DNA of 64,000 nt from a virus. The notes below the pieces were generated by a model. The model did not search any database and was not told the origin of the DNA. It worked only from the letters and a program-made list of their open reading frames with translations. The stretch covers positions 33,265-97,264 of the IMG/VR virus record IMGVR_UViG_3300028392_000045; one strand, 5' to 3'. This document shows, in pieces, positions 11,601 through 20,139 of the stretch (position 1 is the stretch's first letter; every line of letters begins with the position of its first letter). The position numbers and the translations under genes were made by a program.

Positions 11601-11944
11601 AAACCAGAAAAACCAAAGCATTCAGTAATATAATAAGCAAAATGCCATTCTAAATCTCTTATAGATGGTATTACTTGTTTCCTAGCTTTAGTCTTTTTAA
11701 TAGTATCAAAGATAGAACAGAATTTAGCATAAAATCCTATACGTCCTGGACAGTATCTATACTTACCAAACTGTTCTACCCAAATACCTTCTATCAGTTT
11801 CTTTCTATTAGCTTTCCAAGCTTCTCTATATCTTGGATCTTCAGGATGATATTTAGGAGGTTCAAACTGATCTAAGATATAGTTAAGATTTTCTATCTTA
11901 ATCCAATCTACATTCGTAGAATAAATGCCCAGATTATACTCCAT
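8615..11944 (-). CDS. terL: Terminase large subunit containing an intein
   Basis: Walker A GSRGGGK|S, Walker B ILYEEVG, GTSG coupling motif, RNase H-like 'THDPY' and 'NFDGVSA'. Confidence 0.92.
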   Translation of the reverse strand: MEYNLGIYSTNVDWIKIENLNYILDQFEPPKYHPEDPRYREAWKANRKKLIEGIWVEQFGKYRYCPGRIGFYAKFCSIFDTIKKTKARKQVIPSIRDLEWHFAYYITECFGFSGFEDDDRYSGDERLLKDTSTLSISDLADISNSKGKLKEYKKPRDILFELHDKPLGRPLYNNNTKNFLVVGSRGGGKAMLETEYIYKETGYELIKNAQVGDKIYGSDGNLTTITGVYPQGITDVYEVEFKDGRKCYTNPEHLWTVNKNNKVISTIDMLEKGYKYAHKRSGFTYRYKVKQNKPVNYPKQELPIDPYILGYLLGNGALTSSTPKVATSEMEVLERFKNSFPDYDIVYDKSTNNNYTIVHRGEKINIGTKVNGTPLLQHQNLLHRDLKALGLNVGCKSKFIPDIYKYASIDQRMELVRGLMDSDGSISKGYASFSSTNETLLNDLQEVLRSLGIKSQKGIDKRTGKVHDIKGCITTRNDCWRLFITTNLPIFFISRKLERITKKNINEYTSIVSIKKMDYQAPTICISVDAKDHNFLTTNYVVTHNSYFFGLALALYELVFDSKKYADQGKSQATIDIAAGIGSKSTELMKKLIDSMHELKVDPKFGVYGKEGDDKDIFEPCPYYRNMKGDGSANTSWVHEIAASKNGVWKKLGSGSEVNHKIYSTNKKGGAQEGAGGRRNVILYEEVGLMQLLIEAWTSNTAVVTTDGEQFGIQVGIGTSGDLEMVRPAQKIFTHPKDYNCIEFDDQCFFLPAPLTDKRFKDADGNTDIQAAYEFYIKRREDAAKSSDPRVLLAERMNYPLQVDDMWLSGSTGYLPVKEAEAREKELIKDNLFEKLGTAIDLFYDSNTPTGINYSVIPKSKSNAIFNWPLQPTESTKGEFMMYISPEKLKINGQLPPDAVIVTHDPYVSDDPVKGGSLGVTYFIVNPKYLSFGLPGYQIAATYIGKHEISVDGYNDIVFKGLHFYGLQSRNLWYEANRGDKIRGYAIRKNKAHLLCLRPQFEQGQYLFKKNATQTGFNVGDRLAKITLLDGLSEILLKELPDGKRVIETIPCLFTVKQIRQYTLEGNFDGVSALLGLPLAINEQEHYAVNRSGTKVLHGLTKQLRYARH
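10310..11377 (-). mobile_element. Class 3 intein (356 aa) with LAGLIDADG domain in terL Walker A
   Basis: Starts with Ala (AMLETE), block B NPEHLW, block F PTICISVD, block G VVTHN|S; endonuclease motifs YILGYLLGNG and LVRGLMDSDG. Confidence 0.9.
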
Positions 11945-12603
11945 AAAGATTTCTTTGTTTTTACTGGAACCTGAATTGGTTGCATAATTTTAGGTTCAGA
12001 TATAGTTTGTTTAGCTATTACTTCTTTAGTCTCTGTACTATAAGTAGCAGTAGGTGTAATAAAAGTAGCTTGATCTTTTAGTTTTTCCTTGAATGCTAAC
12101 CAAGCATGTTCTAGCTGTACTCCAGAAACTATAGTAGGTAAAAACATTTTAGGACAATCCTTTCCTGTCATGTCATAATGTCTGTATACCTGATCAGTAG
12201 TTAACTTATGTTTACTTAATAGATTTTTTACTAGTTCTATAGTATTCTCTAATACTTTTTGTTGATTAGCTTCTTTGTATACACACATCTCTATACCAAT
12301 AAAAAAGTCATTAGGGTTTTGACCTTTAGGTACTAATGCATTTCTATAAGGTAGATTGTCAAATCTTTGCTTATCACCAATATGCCAAGCTACTTCATCA
12401 TCAGGTATAAGCTGAACTACTTCATGATCATCTACAAAATAATGAGCAGAAGCATTTACTTTATTCTTAGAGAAATATCTATAATGCGCTTGAGCATCTG
12501 CTTTAGATCCTACATTAGCAGTCCAGTGTATAATAATACCTTTAAGCTGTACTAGCTTTCTAAAAGGTCTATTGATAGTAATAAACTGTTGTGAAATATT
12601 CAT
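11908..12603 (-). CDS. N-acetylmuramoyl-L-alanine amidase (Amidase_2) endolysin
   Basis: IIIHWT, SAHYFVD, VAWH, IGIEMC, RHYD..GKDCP zinc-amidase motifs. Confidence 0.9.
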   Translation of the reverse strand: MNISQQFITINRPFRKLVQLKGIIIHWTANVGSKADAQAHYRYFSKNKVNASAHYFVDDHEVVQLIPDDEVAWHIGDKQRFDNLPYRNALVPKGQNPNDFFIGIEMCVYKEANQQKVLENTIELVKNLLSKHKLTTDQVYRHYDMTGKDCPKMFLPTIVSGVQLEHAWLAFKEKLKDQATFITPTATYSTETKEVIAKQTISEPKIMQPIQVPVKTKKSLWSIIWAFILRM

Positions 12604-12646
12604 ATCTTATAATTAAAAACTTTCAGGTATTAATCATACCTAAAAG

Positions 12647-13237
12647 CTAATCATCAAAAAAGTTTTCATCTTCTTCTACTCTAGTAAGTTTAATACCTGC
12701 TTTACCTCTTGCTACAGTCTTCTCTTCTAGGAATTTATTTCTAATCTTTTCATAAGATTCATAAATCTTAAGAGAATCTTTCTGTAGTAAATTTATTTGA
12801 GTAGCTGTACCTTTTTCTGTATACATTTTACCATTAGCATCCATTAAAGATCTGTCTAAAGTAAGCTCTGTATTCTTAATCAAGTCAGCTCTTTTAACTA
12901 GCTGCTCAATTTCTTCTTTTAAAGTCTTTTGTACAGTAGTCAAACAAAGATTAGTAAATTGACTCAATAAGGTATCTATATCATCACTCACTTTAGGTGC
13001 TAATGTCTCCATCAACATAGTTCGTCTAACCTCTTCTTTTACTCTATAGAAGATATTTAGATCTTCATCTGGATAAGTCATAAAGAAAATAAACCACATT
13101 ACCTTAGAAGACTCTACTTTATCCTTACTCTTATCTTCTTTGTATAGCGCATCAAAAGGCTTATACAACATAAAAGTAGGATTGAGTTCCCAGAAATTAG
13201 CAAGATGATTTATATTATCTGTATTTAGCTTTACCAT
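12647..13237 (-). CDS. Conserved crAss-like protein, possible terminase small subunit
   Basis: Helical 196 aa protein upstream of terL; position only. Confidence 0.4.
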   Translation of the reverse strand: MVKLNTDNINHLANFWELNPTFMLYKPFDALYKEDKSKDKVESSKVMWFIFFMTYPDEDLNIFYRVKEEVRRTMLMETLAPKVSDDIDTLLSQFTNLCLTTVQKTLKEEIEQLVKRADLIKNTELTLDRSLMDANGKMYTEKGTATQINLLQKDSLKIYESYEKIRNKFLEEKTVARGKAGIKLTRVEEDENFFDD

Positions 13238-13455
13238 GTAGGTATATATTTCTTTGTGATTACTTGACCTGACCTAGTAGTTGCAGAAATAACAACAACC
13301 TCTTTTACTTTCAGGTGAACTTCGTATGTAAAGTTATCTATCTTTTTGGCAGATATATAGTTGCCTTCTATCTTGCTAATCATACTTTCAAAACTAACTT
13401 CAATAGGTATTACTGAATTAAGTTTTGCGTAAGGAAGTTTAATTACTTCTTCCAT
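13231..13455 (-). CDS. Small beta-rich hypothetical protein
   Basis: ORF coupled to neighbours. Confidence 0.5.
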   Translation of the reverse strand: MEEVIKLPYAKLNSVIPIEVSFESMISKIEGNYISAKKIDNFTYEVHLKVKEVVVISATTRSGQVITKKYIPTW

Positions 13456-13667
13456 CGTTCACAGTCTTTTCTTGATGTAAGAATACCTTCAAAATTACAA
13501 CCACAGAAAGTACATTTACCTGCTTCAAAACAATCTTTACAGGTCTTAACTCTATCTAGTACTTCTTTGGTATTAGTAATAGAAGCATCTCCAATAACTT
13601 TAAGATACATCCATTTTATATAGGCAAGAACAGACTCTTTAGTTAGATTACTTAATATCTTATACAT
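13443..13667 (-). CDS. Small Cys-rich zinc-binding protein
   Basis: CKDC-x4-CTFCGC-x10-C motif. Confidence 0.6.
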   Translation of the reverse strand: MYKILSNLTKESVLAYIKWMYLKVIGDASITNTKEVLDRVKTCKDCFEAGKCTFCGCNFEGILTSRKDCERWKK

Positions 13668-13682
13668 AGCTTTAAGTTAAAA

Positions 13683-13716
13683 AGCTGTTACCTCCTTTTT
13701 ATCAGAAGTAACAGCG
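13683..13716 (-). terminator. Intrinsic terminator
   Basis: GCTGTTAC...GTAACAGC stem followed by T-run on the minus strand. Confidence 0.55.
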
Positions 13717-13744
13717 AATTAATTAAAAATTTTTTAAAGAAAAA

Positions 13745-14029
13745 TTATACGAATTCGTACTTAAATTCGATACCCAATACTTTTACAAGTTCTACAATAG
13801 TCTTGTACAAGAAAGTGTTAGGCAGACGAACAATAAAATCTTTTCCTTCACATTCTTTCAAAGTTTCGGTGATTTTAGCTACCAAAAGATTGAGTAGTTC
13901 AGTAATGTGAACAGGAGTAATAACAACTTTGTCATCTTCAATGATAGTAGAAGTAGACAATTCTTGCATTAGTTCACCAATGTTGATGGTGTAGCAAGAT
14001 GCTTTAGTCAAATCTTCAGAGATACCCAT
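13745..14029 (-). CDS. Hypothetical protein
   Basis: 94 aa ORF, typical codon usage. Confidence 0.55.
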   Translation of the reverse strand: MGISEDLTKASCYTINIGELMQELSTSTIIEDDKVVITPVHITELLNLLVAKITETLKECEGKDFIVRLPNTFLYKTIVELVKVLGIEFKYEFV

Positions 14030-14062
14030 AGCTATAGAGTTTATAAAGAGTTAAGAAATTAC

Positions 14063-14707
14063 TTATTCTTTATCTTTCACAGTCAAAGGCTTCGCGTTTG
14101 ACAGGACTGCAACAATCTGTCTAGTAGGATTCAATTGCAAATATCCAAAATGTGGATTGTCAGGTGAAGTAGGTGGCTCAAAATCTAACCAATCTGTATT
14201 GGTATATCCATACTCTAAGTGAGGTGGATGATCTACAGAAGGTTTAATAGCCATAATAGAATCTTGAGTAACTTGAACTACATCTCCTACTTGGAAACCA
14301 CAATCATAAGTTGGTTTAGCTACTACAACTCCTTTTCTGGTAAAAGGCCAAGGAGATTCCATAGTTTGTCTTACACCAATACCATTCTGAGTAACTTCTT
14401 TCATAGAAATTTTAGGTTCTATGATTAAACCAGCTTTAGTCTTTTCAGGTACAATGTGGTACATTCTTACAATAACAGAAGACAAAGGTAGGATAGAACT
14501 ATACTGTTCATCTAGTGTAGTTAGATTATTATTATAGTCTTCAATCTTCGTCTCGTTCAGTTCCCAGTAACTCTTTCGGTTTAGATCTATTAAAGGTACT
14601 GGAGTCGCCGACCGGTGCTGTTCGGTTATGTAAAAGCTTCTTTGCTGATTTGGATCGGGAAAGTGATTCTCTGCGTAATCCCGAATTGATTCTGAACTTC
14701 CTTTCAT
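14063..14707 (-). CDS. GroES-like co-chaperonin (start probably MKGSSE at 14707)
   Basis: ILPLSSVIVR...KTKAGLII...KGVVVAKP...FQVGDVV resembles the GroES fold signature. Confidence 0.6.
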   Translation of the reverse strand: MKGSSESIRDYAENHFPDPNQQRSFYITEQHRSATPVPLIDLNRKSYWELNETKIEDYNNNLTTLDEQYSSILPLSSVIVRMYHIVPEKTKAGLIIEPKISMKEVTQNGIGVRQTMESPWPFTRKGVVVAKPTYDCGFQVGDVVQVTQDSIMAIKPSVDHPPHLEYGYTNTDWLDFEPPTSPDNPHFGYLQLNPTRQIVAVLSNAKPLTVKDKE

Positions 14708-14939
14708 AAGCTTCTTGTAATTTTTCTTTTTGTTCTCCTGAACAAAGGAATGAAAATAAATAAAATGTCTTCTTTGTTGGCTTAAAGGTAAGTAAATTAG
14801 GTAACATAACATAAGAATATAATTCAGGATGTTTTAAGCCTTGTTCTAAGCTATCTTCTATACCTAAAATTATATTCTCTAGTTCCTTAATTGGAAACTG
14901 CTCCTGCTCTGCTATCTGCTGTACTAGCTTTTTTACCAT
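14541..14939 (-). CDS. HU/IHF-like DNA-binding protein
   Basis: N-terminal 'LVQQIAEQ...ELENIILGIEDSLEQGL...VMLPNLLTFKP' HU-like pattern. Confidence 0.55.
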   Translation of the reverse strand: MVKKLVQQIAEQEQFPIKELENIILGIEDSLEQGLKHPELYSYVMLPNLLTFKPTKKTFYLFSFLCSGEQKEKLQEAYERKFRINSGLRRESLSRSKSAKKLLHNRTAPVGDSSTFNRSKPKELLGTERDED

Positions 14940-15354
14940 CTTTCTTAACTTTGAGTTCCATAGTAAAAGTAAAAGAAACAGCTTGATTCTGTATCAATTT
15001 CTTTATCTGTAACAGTGTCTTATGTGGTCTAGTTTTATTTCCAGGTACAGGGTTTTCTACATTCACAATAAGACCTATATCAGTCAAAAAAGGTTTAAAA
15101 TAACTAATCTCAGTTCTATGTATCTTAAAACCTTCAATAACCTCCGCTACATTAGGTGAAGAAAACCAACATTTATCTGGATCTTCTCTTGACATTATCC
15201 AAGCCATAAAAGCAACATGTTTTGGTCGCATAGAGTAGTTACCTTTAGCTATCAATAAATTAAAAAACTGAATCCAAAAACCTTGCTCATCAATTTCTAA
15301 TGGCTCTTTAGCTTCTGATCCAGTTTTTCCAGTAAGTAGATTTAATTCGAACAT
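14887..15354 (-). CDS. Putative winged-helix DNA-binding protein
   Basis: Helix-turn-helix-like core; next to HU-like gene as in crAss-like phages. Confidence 0.45.
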   Translation of the reverse strand: MFELNLLTGKTGSEAKEPLEIDEQGFWIQFFNLLIAKGNYSMRPKHVAFMAWIMSREDPDKCWFSSPNVAEVIEGFKIHRTEISYFKPFLTDIGLIVNVENPVPGNKTRPHKTLLQIKKLIQNQAVSFTFTMELKVKKDGKKASTADSRAGAVSN

Positions 15355-15388
15355 GCTTTTGAAAATTTATTTTTGAAAGACCGTCTTA

Positions 15389-15547
15389 TTAAGAAGATTG
15401 CTTTTCTTCGTGTCTTATAGATACTATAGCAAGGATAAAGAAAAGTAATACAATAATTTTACCTAAAGTTTTATAATCTTTTCCTGTTACTATATAGATA
15501 GCTAATCTAACCATACTAGCAAGTACAAAGTTGATAGCTATCATCAT
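15389..15547 (-). CDS. 52 aa two-TM membrane protein, holin candidate
   Basis: Hand translation MMIAINFVLASMVRLAIYIVTGKDYKTLGKIIVLLFFILAIVSIRHEEKQSS; below ORF-track cutoff. Confidence 0.4.
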   Translation of the reverse strand: MMIAINFVLASMVRLAIYIVTGKDYKTLGKIIVLLFFILAIVSIRHEEKQSS

Positions 15548-15564
15548 TATTTTACCAAACCAAT

Positions 15565-16146
15565 TCATTTCTTAATCTTAAATAAAGGTAAGTAAAGTCT
15601 TGCTTCCATAACTTTAGTACCAAACTGATAGCCAGCAGATACTCCAATGTTATGCCTATTCTGTAGCTGAATACCAACAGAAGGATTATATACAGAGTTA
15701 ATACCACCATAAATACTAAACACATCTTTACCTTTAGCAGGTACTTCAACTGTCTTAGTAATAGTAGAATCTCTATATACAAAAGGAACTCTTACCCAAT
15801 CAATCTTTCTTTTCATAGATTCAATCTTACCAGATAGTGTAATAGTATCAGAAATTCTAACTACAGTATCTTGATAAGGAACTACCATAGTATACACAGG
15901 CTCTTTCTTTAAGAAAGTATCTGTCTTACCTTGTATAGAGTCAACAATAAAAACATAATTCGTATCAATAGTCTTATACTTCAGTTTCACATACTTAGTA
16001 ATAACTGTATCCTTAAGTACATAAACCAAAGAGTCTTTAGTTACTGTTACTGTATCTACTTTACCAATAACTTGTGTACGATTACACTTAGCCATAATAA
16101 GCAAACCAATAACTAAACCTAAAAGTGCACCAGATAAAATTTTCAT
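15565..16146 (-). CDS. Membrane-anchored protein (possible spanin-like lysis accessory)
   Basis: N-terminal TM then Cys, repeated DT/DS-V motifs, C-terminal beta-strands. Confidence 0.45.
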   Translation of the reverse strand: MKILSGALLGLVIGLLIMAKCNRTQVIGKVDTVTVTKDSLVYVLKDTVITKYVKLKYKTIDTNYVFIVDSIQGKTDTFLKKEPVYTMVVPYQDTVVRISDTITLSGKIESMKRKIDWVRVPFVYRDSTITKTVEVPAKGKDVFSIYGGINSVYNPSVGIQLQNRHNIGVSAGYQFGTKVMEARLYLPLFKIKK

Positions 16147-16171
16147 TCTTGTTATTTTTAATTGTTAAATA

Positions 16172-16384
16172 CTATTCAGTAACTACCTGTACTCGCTTCT
16201 TACATATCAACGTAAGCTTATCAATCATATCCTTATTCTCAGTTAATATAGAAACAACATGAATAAGATGATCATAATTAGTACGAGCAGGCATGTGATA
16301 ATTATTTGCTACTTTATCTAACCTATCTAAATGCAGTTCTAATAACCCTCTTCCAATCTTATTTACTGCTGTGAGTTTCCACAT
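16172..16384 (-). CDS. Hypothetical protein
   Basis: ORF track. Confidence 0.5.
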   Translation of the reverse strand: MWKLTAVNKIGRGLLELHLDRLDKVANNYHMPARTNYDHLIHVVSILTENKDMIDKLTLICKKRVQVVTE

Positions 16385-16395
16385 TTTGGATCTGT

Positions 16396-16656
16396 TTAAG
16401 ATTCGAAATCTTGATTTTCAACATTTAAGAGTTCTATAATTTGCTTCTCTTCTTCCATTATAATATTCAATTTATTCAGGAGTATATTAGTAACCTCCTC
16501 ATCATCCTCAAATACAGGTAGAGTTTGATAGATCTGCTCTTTAGTAAACTCAAGAGATTCAACAAACTCAGGAGAGCTTATAATATCAAAGTAAACTCGA
16601 ATAATTTTAGTCTTCTTCATCTTTTGCAATTTTTTCAAATTCTTCAGTAGGATCAT
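16396..16656 (-). CDS. Hypothetical protein (start possibly 16620)
   Basis: ORF track. Confidence 0.45.
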   Translation of the reverse strand: MILLKNLKKLQKMKKTKIIRVYFDIISSPEFVESLEFTKEQIYQTLPVFEDDEEVTNILLNKLNIIMEEEKQIIELLNVENQDFES

Positions 16657-17133
16657 CTTCTTCTATCGGACATTGTGTGTCATCAATTCTTTCTTGTAAT
16701 TTAGTCATACTGTAATTTTTACAAGACGCAAGGTATAACTTATATTTTAGTTTCTCAAAAAAATTTTTAGAAAAAAATGTTTGATCAATTTATATAGCAA
16801 TAAAAGTATTTTTAATATACCCCCTATGGTATGAAAATTATAGATATGTATATGGGTATAGTATACAACCGGCTTCGCCGTCGACATTTTCTAGCTATCG
16901 AGGTTCCCCTACCCAATTTTGATTTACACTTGTATTTCGATAAAGCGTATGGGAATCTGGTTATGGTTTGTAAAGTTTGGTTATTATTATGAGCGAGCCT
17001 TGGCATTGTGCCGATAATGAAGGTATGGAATACAGTAAATCCTTAGCTTGCTCTTTTTTCTACTCTTATTCTTATACCTATATATAAGGTATAGCATTCA
17101 ATTTGATTATTAACATTCTTAACATACATTACT

Positions 17134-17529
17134 ATGGAATTTATTTCAATTGTGACATGTCGTCAGCTTAATGCGAAATCCAAGAAGAAAGATGGTTCGT
17201 CTTACGAGATGAACAAGAACAAAGTTTATCCAGTACAGCTATCCGTTGTAAAGGGTGAACTTCCTGGAAACTGTTTGGTTGTAGACGGAACTGTTGCAGC
17301 ACGTATTAACCTATCTACGGAAGGCTATACACTATTGACTGCTGTACAATCTGGAGTAGATCCAGTTTACGGTACTCAATATCAGTTGTCTGCATTGCCA
17401 GTTGTAGGAGTATCAGATTATCTTGCAACACTAAAGCAATTGCCTAGTGCAAAGATCATCGACACTCGATCTTCAAATCCTAAAGAAGCTTTGGAAAACG
17501 CAAACGCTGGGGATAATCCATTTTCCTAA
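17134..17529 (+). CDS. Early protein, possible OB-fold ssDNA-binding protein
   Basis: Beta-rich core with SSB-like C-terminal tail GDNPFS; followed by a terminator. Confidence 0.4.
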   Translation: MEFISIVTCRQLNAKSKKKDGSSYEMNKNKVYPVQLSVVKGELPGNCLVVDGTVAARINLSTEGYTLLTAVQSGVDPVYGTQYQLSALPVVGVSDYLATLKQLPSAKIIDTRSSNPKEALENANAGDNPFS

Positions 17530-17531
17530 CT

Positions 17532-17571
17532 AAAGTAGACCACTCAGACTGATGGGTGGTTTACTCTTTTT
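17532..17571 (+). terminator. Intrinsic terminator
   Basis: AGTAGACCACTCA/TGGGTGGTTTACT stem plus T-run. Confidence 0.7.
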
Positions 17572-17647
17572 ATCCAGTCCTAGGGGTAATCTACGTTGAA
17601 ACATAGAAACGACGTATGAGTAAGTTCGATTCTTACACTGGATACCA
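17572..17647 (+). tRNA. Atypical tRNA-like RNA, anticodon not assignable (CAT present in an oversized loop)
   Basis: 7-bp acceptor stem ATCCAGT/ACTGGAT, discriminator A, encoded CCA, T-arm GTAAG-TTCGATT-CTTAC, 76 nt; non-canonical D and anticodon arms. Confidence 0.65.
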
Positions 17648-17671
17648 TTATTAACCACTAAAACATATAAC

Positions 17672-18076
17672 ATGAATTTCGAGATTAAATTCACTTCAAA
17701 GGATGGTTATCCTATTTACAAAACTACTGAAAACATCGGAGTTGCTCATGTAGATTTTATTCGCGCTGAAACAGGTGTAGCAAATCTATCTTTGGATAGA
17801 ATGCAAGGACATATTTCAAGTGTAATCGGAGGCCATAATATTCCAATTTCTGAGCATCTTGCTAGAAAATCAGGACATTTTGAGTTCGATTACTTGGTAA
17901 AAATCAAAGGAGACTCAGCTTTTCTAAATAAATATCTTCAAAAAGAAGTACAATTTAGAAAAAATGATACTACTGGAGAAGTTGAGTATGCCTGGATCAA
18001 ATGGTCATTCAATACTCACTATTTTTTAAATGTATGGGAAGAGGCAGGATTTCCATTGGATATGACAGTAGAATAA
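17672..18076 (+). CDS. Hypothetical protein
   Basis: 134 aa ORF. Confidence 0.6.
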   Translation: MNFEIKFTSKDGYPIYKTTENIGVAHVDFIRAETGVANLSLDRMQGHISSVIGGHNIPISEHLARKSGHFEFDYLVKIKGDSAFLNKYLQKEVQFRKNDTTGEVEYAWIKWSFNTHYFLNVWEEAGFPLDMTVE

Positions 18077-18080
18077 TATA

Positions 18081-18127
18081 ATATATAAGGTGTATTCTCA
18101 TTAATTGAAAGTACACCTTATATATAT
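18081..18127. terminator. Bidirectional terminator between convergent genes
   Basis: ATATATAAGGTGTA...TACACCTTATATAT inverted repeat. Confidence 0.6.
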
Positions 18128-18164
18128 GTAAAAGGTTCAAATAATTATATAATTCCAATATTAT

Positions 18165-18560
18165 TTACTTTTCTTTAAACAAAATTTCAAATACAGCTTT
18201 ATGTGAGTTATTACTAGATATTTTTCCTTTATCATCATTCAATCTATAAGTATTAGGAGCTAGTTTTATAATAACTTTTTTAGCTTGTAGATTCTTTATA
18301 GAGTCAGTAAATGCTCCTATATTTTTCTTTGATACTTTAGCTATCTCTTCTTTTAAAGCTTTACTATTACTGAATACTACACCTTGAGCATAGTTTCCAT
18401 ATACATAAGCATAGTAATGTAAATCAGAGCTATTTAATTCCAACTTATGTATTACATTCAATATGCTGCAATAAGTAAAGAAATAACCATGTTCTGTAGT
18501 ATCTATAATAATAAATTCATGATAATACAAATCAACATTTTCTGGGTGTGTAATCTCCAT
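18165..18560 (-). CDS. Winged-helix (RepL-like) protein
   Basis: 'IKNLQAKKVIIKLAPNTYRLN' wing motif. Confidence 0.5.
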   Translation of the reverse strand: MEITHPENVDLYYHEFIIIDTTEHGYFFTYCSILNVIHKLELNSSDLHYYAYVYGNYAQGVVFSNSKALKEEIAKVSKKNIGAFTDSIKNLQAKKVIIKLAPNTYRLNDDKGKISSNNSHKAVFEILFKEK

Positions 18561-18561
18561 C

Positions 18562-19227
18562 TTACTTATTTTTTACTCTTAAACCATCAGGTGTCCAAAT
18601 AAAGTCTATAGTAGTTTTTGATAAATCACTACTTAAAGTAAATTCATCTTTATTTCTCTCTACAGTTAATGTAGAAAAAGACTTTTGATCTACAAAATCA
18701 TTTAGAACAAAGTCTGAATTAGTATAAGTACTTACTATAGTAGCACAGTTATTTTCTATTGTTAAAGAGAATAACCAGTCAACTAATTTTTTATCTACAT
18801 TAGGATTATTTGATATTGTCAATATGTCAGCTAGTCCATCTATTATTAAAAGATATGTAGGATATGCAGTTAAAATTTCTTCAATTGCATTTCTAGCAAC
18901 AGCTCCTCTAGTAAGTATTAAATCATAAAAATGTAGATTTTCAGGATGATAGCCTATTTGATCTACTGTTTGCTTACATAATTCCCAAGATTCATACTCA
19001 GACATATGAGTATTGATATAGATTACATGCTTATCATCTGGACATTGAGTAATGTCAAATCCTAATTTGTCTGTATTGTCAGTAAAACAACTAGCAATAA
19101 CAGACATCAATACACGTGATTTACAAGTTTTAGTCAAACCAGTAAACTTTAAAATACTACTAGTTCTTAATAGTGTAGTATTATCCAATGCTATTACATT
19201 AGTAGGTCTAGCCAAAGATGAGTTCAT
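18562..19227 (-). CDS. Degenerate AAA_25/RecA-family P-loop ATPase
   Basis: Walker A-like TGLTKTCKS, VIYINTHMS (normally YIDTEQ), Walker B LLIIDGLAD. Confidence 0.65.
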   Translation of the reverse strand: MNSSLARPTNVIALDNTTLLRTSSILKFTGLTKTCKSRVLMSVIASCFTDNTDKLGFDITQCPDDKHVIYINTHMSEYESWELCKQTVDQIGYHPENLHFYDLILTRGAVARNAIEEILTAYPTYLLIIDGLADILTISNNPNVDKKLVDWLFSLTIENNCATIVSTYTNSDFVLNDFVDQKSFSTLTVERNKDEFTLSSDLSKTTIDFIWTPDGLRVKNK

Positions 19228-19244
19228 AGTTATGTAGTTTATAG

Positions 19245-19709
19245 TTAAATAAATTTAGACATATCCATGTCTTGAATAGGTTTAATACTCTCTCTAAGTA
19301 TTTCAACATTGCCTTTAGACATAATAGAAGCTTTACATTTCATTATAGCTTCTCCATCTTCATTCTGATAAGCTTCAAAGAGATACTGAATCTTATCAAA
19401 GTCTTTGTTTTTAATACCTAAATCAGGACATACAATGTAAGAATAGTATCTAGTATGTAGTATTAAAGTAGGACTGCGTTTAAGTAGCTTCTTAAAAGTT
19501 ACATCAATACTTCGTCTACTAGAATTAATACGTTTAGCTAGTTCTTCCATTTCTACTTTACCAAATATAACTTCATTAGCAATATCCATATTATCCATCA
19601 AATACATAAGAATAGTATGTTCCAATGAACTTAAGTCATGCATGTCAACCCATAAAGAAAAAAATGCTTTAACAAATAATTTTTGCTTAGGCTTCGTTAC
19701 AAGATCCAT
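19245..19709 (-). CDS. RepL-like winged-helix protein
   Basis: 'ILMYLMDNMD..NEV...ELAKRINSSRRSIDVTFKKL...YIVCP' RepL-like pattern. Confidence 0.6.
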   Translation of the reverse strand: MDLVTKPKQKLFVKAFFSLWVDMHDLSSLEHTILMYLMDNMDIANEVIFGKVEMEELAKRINSSRRSIDVTFKKLLKRSPTLILHTRYYSYIVCPDLGIKNKDFDKIQYLFEAYQNEDGEAIMKCKASIMSKGNVEILRESIKPIQDMDMSKFI

Positions 19710-19740
19710 AATTGTAAATTTTTATTGTGATTTAACAATG

Positions 19741-19772
19741 TAAATATACTATTTATAATTACAACATCCAAA
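19741..19772 (-). promoter_or_regulatory. Bacteroidota-type promoter for the minus-strand island
   Basis: TTTG-N20-TATATTTA, one mismatch to TAnnTTTG. Confidence 0.5.
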
Positions 19773-19790
19773 TTTAATTACAAAAAAGAT

Positions 19791-19886
19791 GTAAAGATCC
19801 TTGTATACATGTAATAAACGTTATTTTAAAGTAAAGATCCTTGTTTTGGAGACAATAACTCTTACGGTGGTGACAAGGATTTGTGT
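19791..19886. repeat. Iteron/operator-like repeat cluster
   Basis: GTAAAGATCCTTGT at 19791 and 19831; related units at 19811, 19852 and 19873 (inverted); 20-21 bp period. Confidence 0.55.
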
Positions 19887-20139
19887 AAAAAACAGGCCGT
19901 CAAGCCCTTATTTTGCTGGATTTTGCCTTACAGATAAAAGATAAAAGATAATAAGAGAGAATTTATTTTCTTAAATTCTTTTGCTGCAAGAAATCTAGGT
20001 AGTAAGTCAGAAAAAGTAGAGTAGGAGAGGGTATTAAGATATACTATATCAGCTCTTGACTATTTCCCCTTTTTAACTTCTACCCAAATTATCATATTCC
20101 TGACTTTTTAGTAGGAAAACAAAAATAATTTATACCACC

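Noticed and set aside
14541-14812. Long overlap of the HU-like and GroES-like ORFs as a programmed dual-coding region
   Set aside because: More simply an over-extended start call for the GroES-like gene plus a read-through tail on the HU-like gene
16824-17006. 60 aa minus-strand ORF in the divergent intergenic region
   Set aside because: Atypical composition, overlaps a structured non-coding region, no coupling to neighbours
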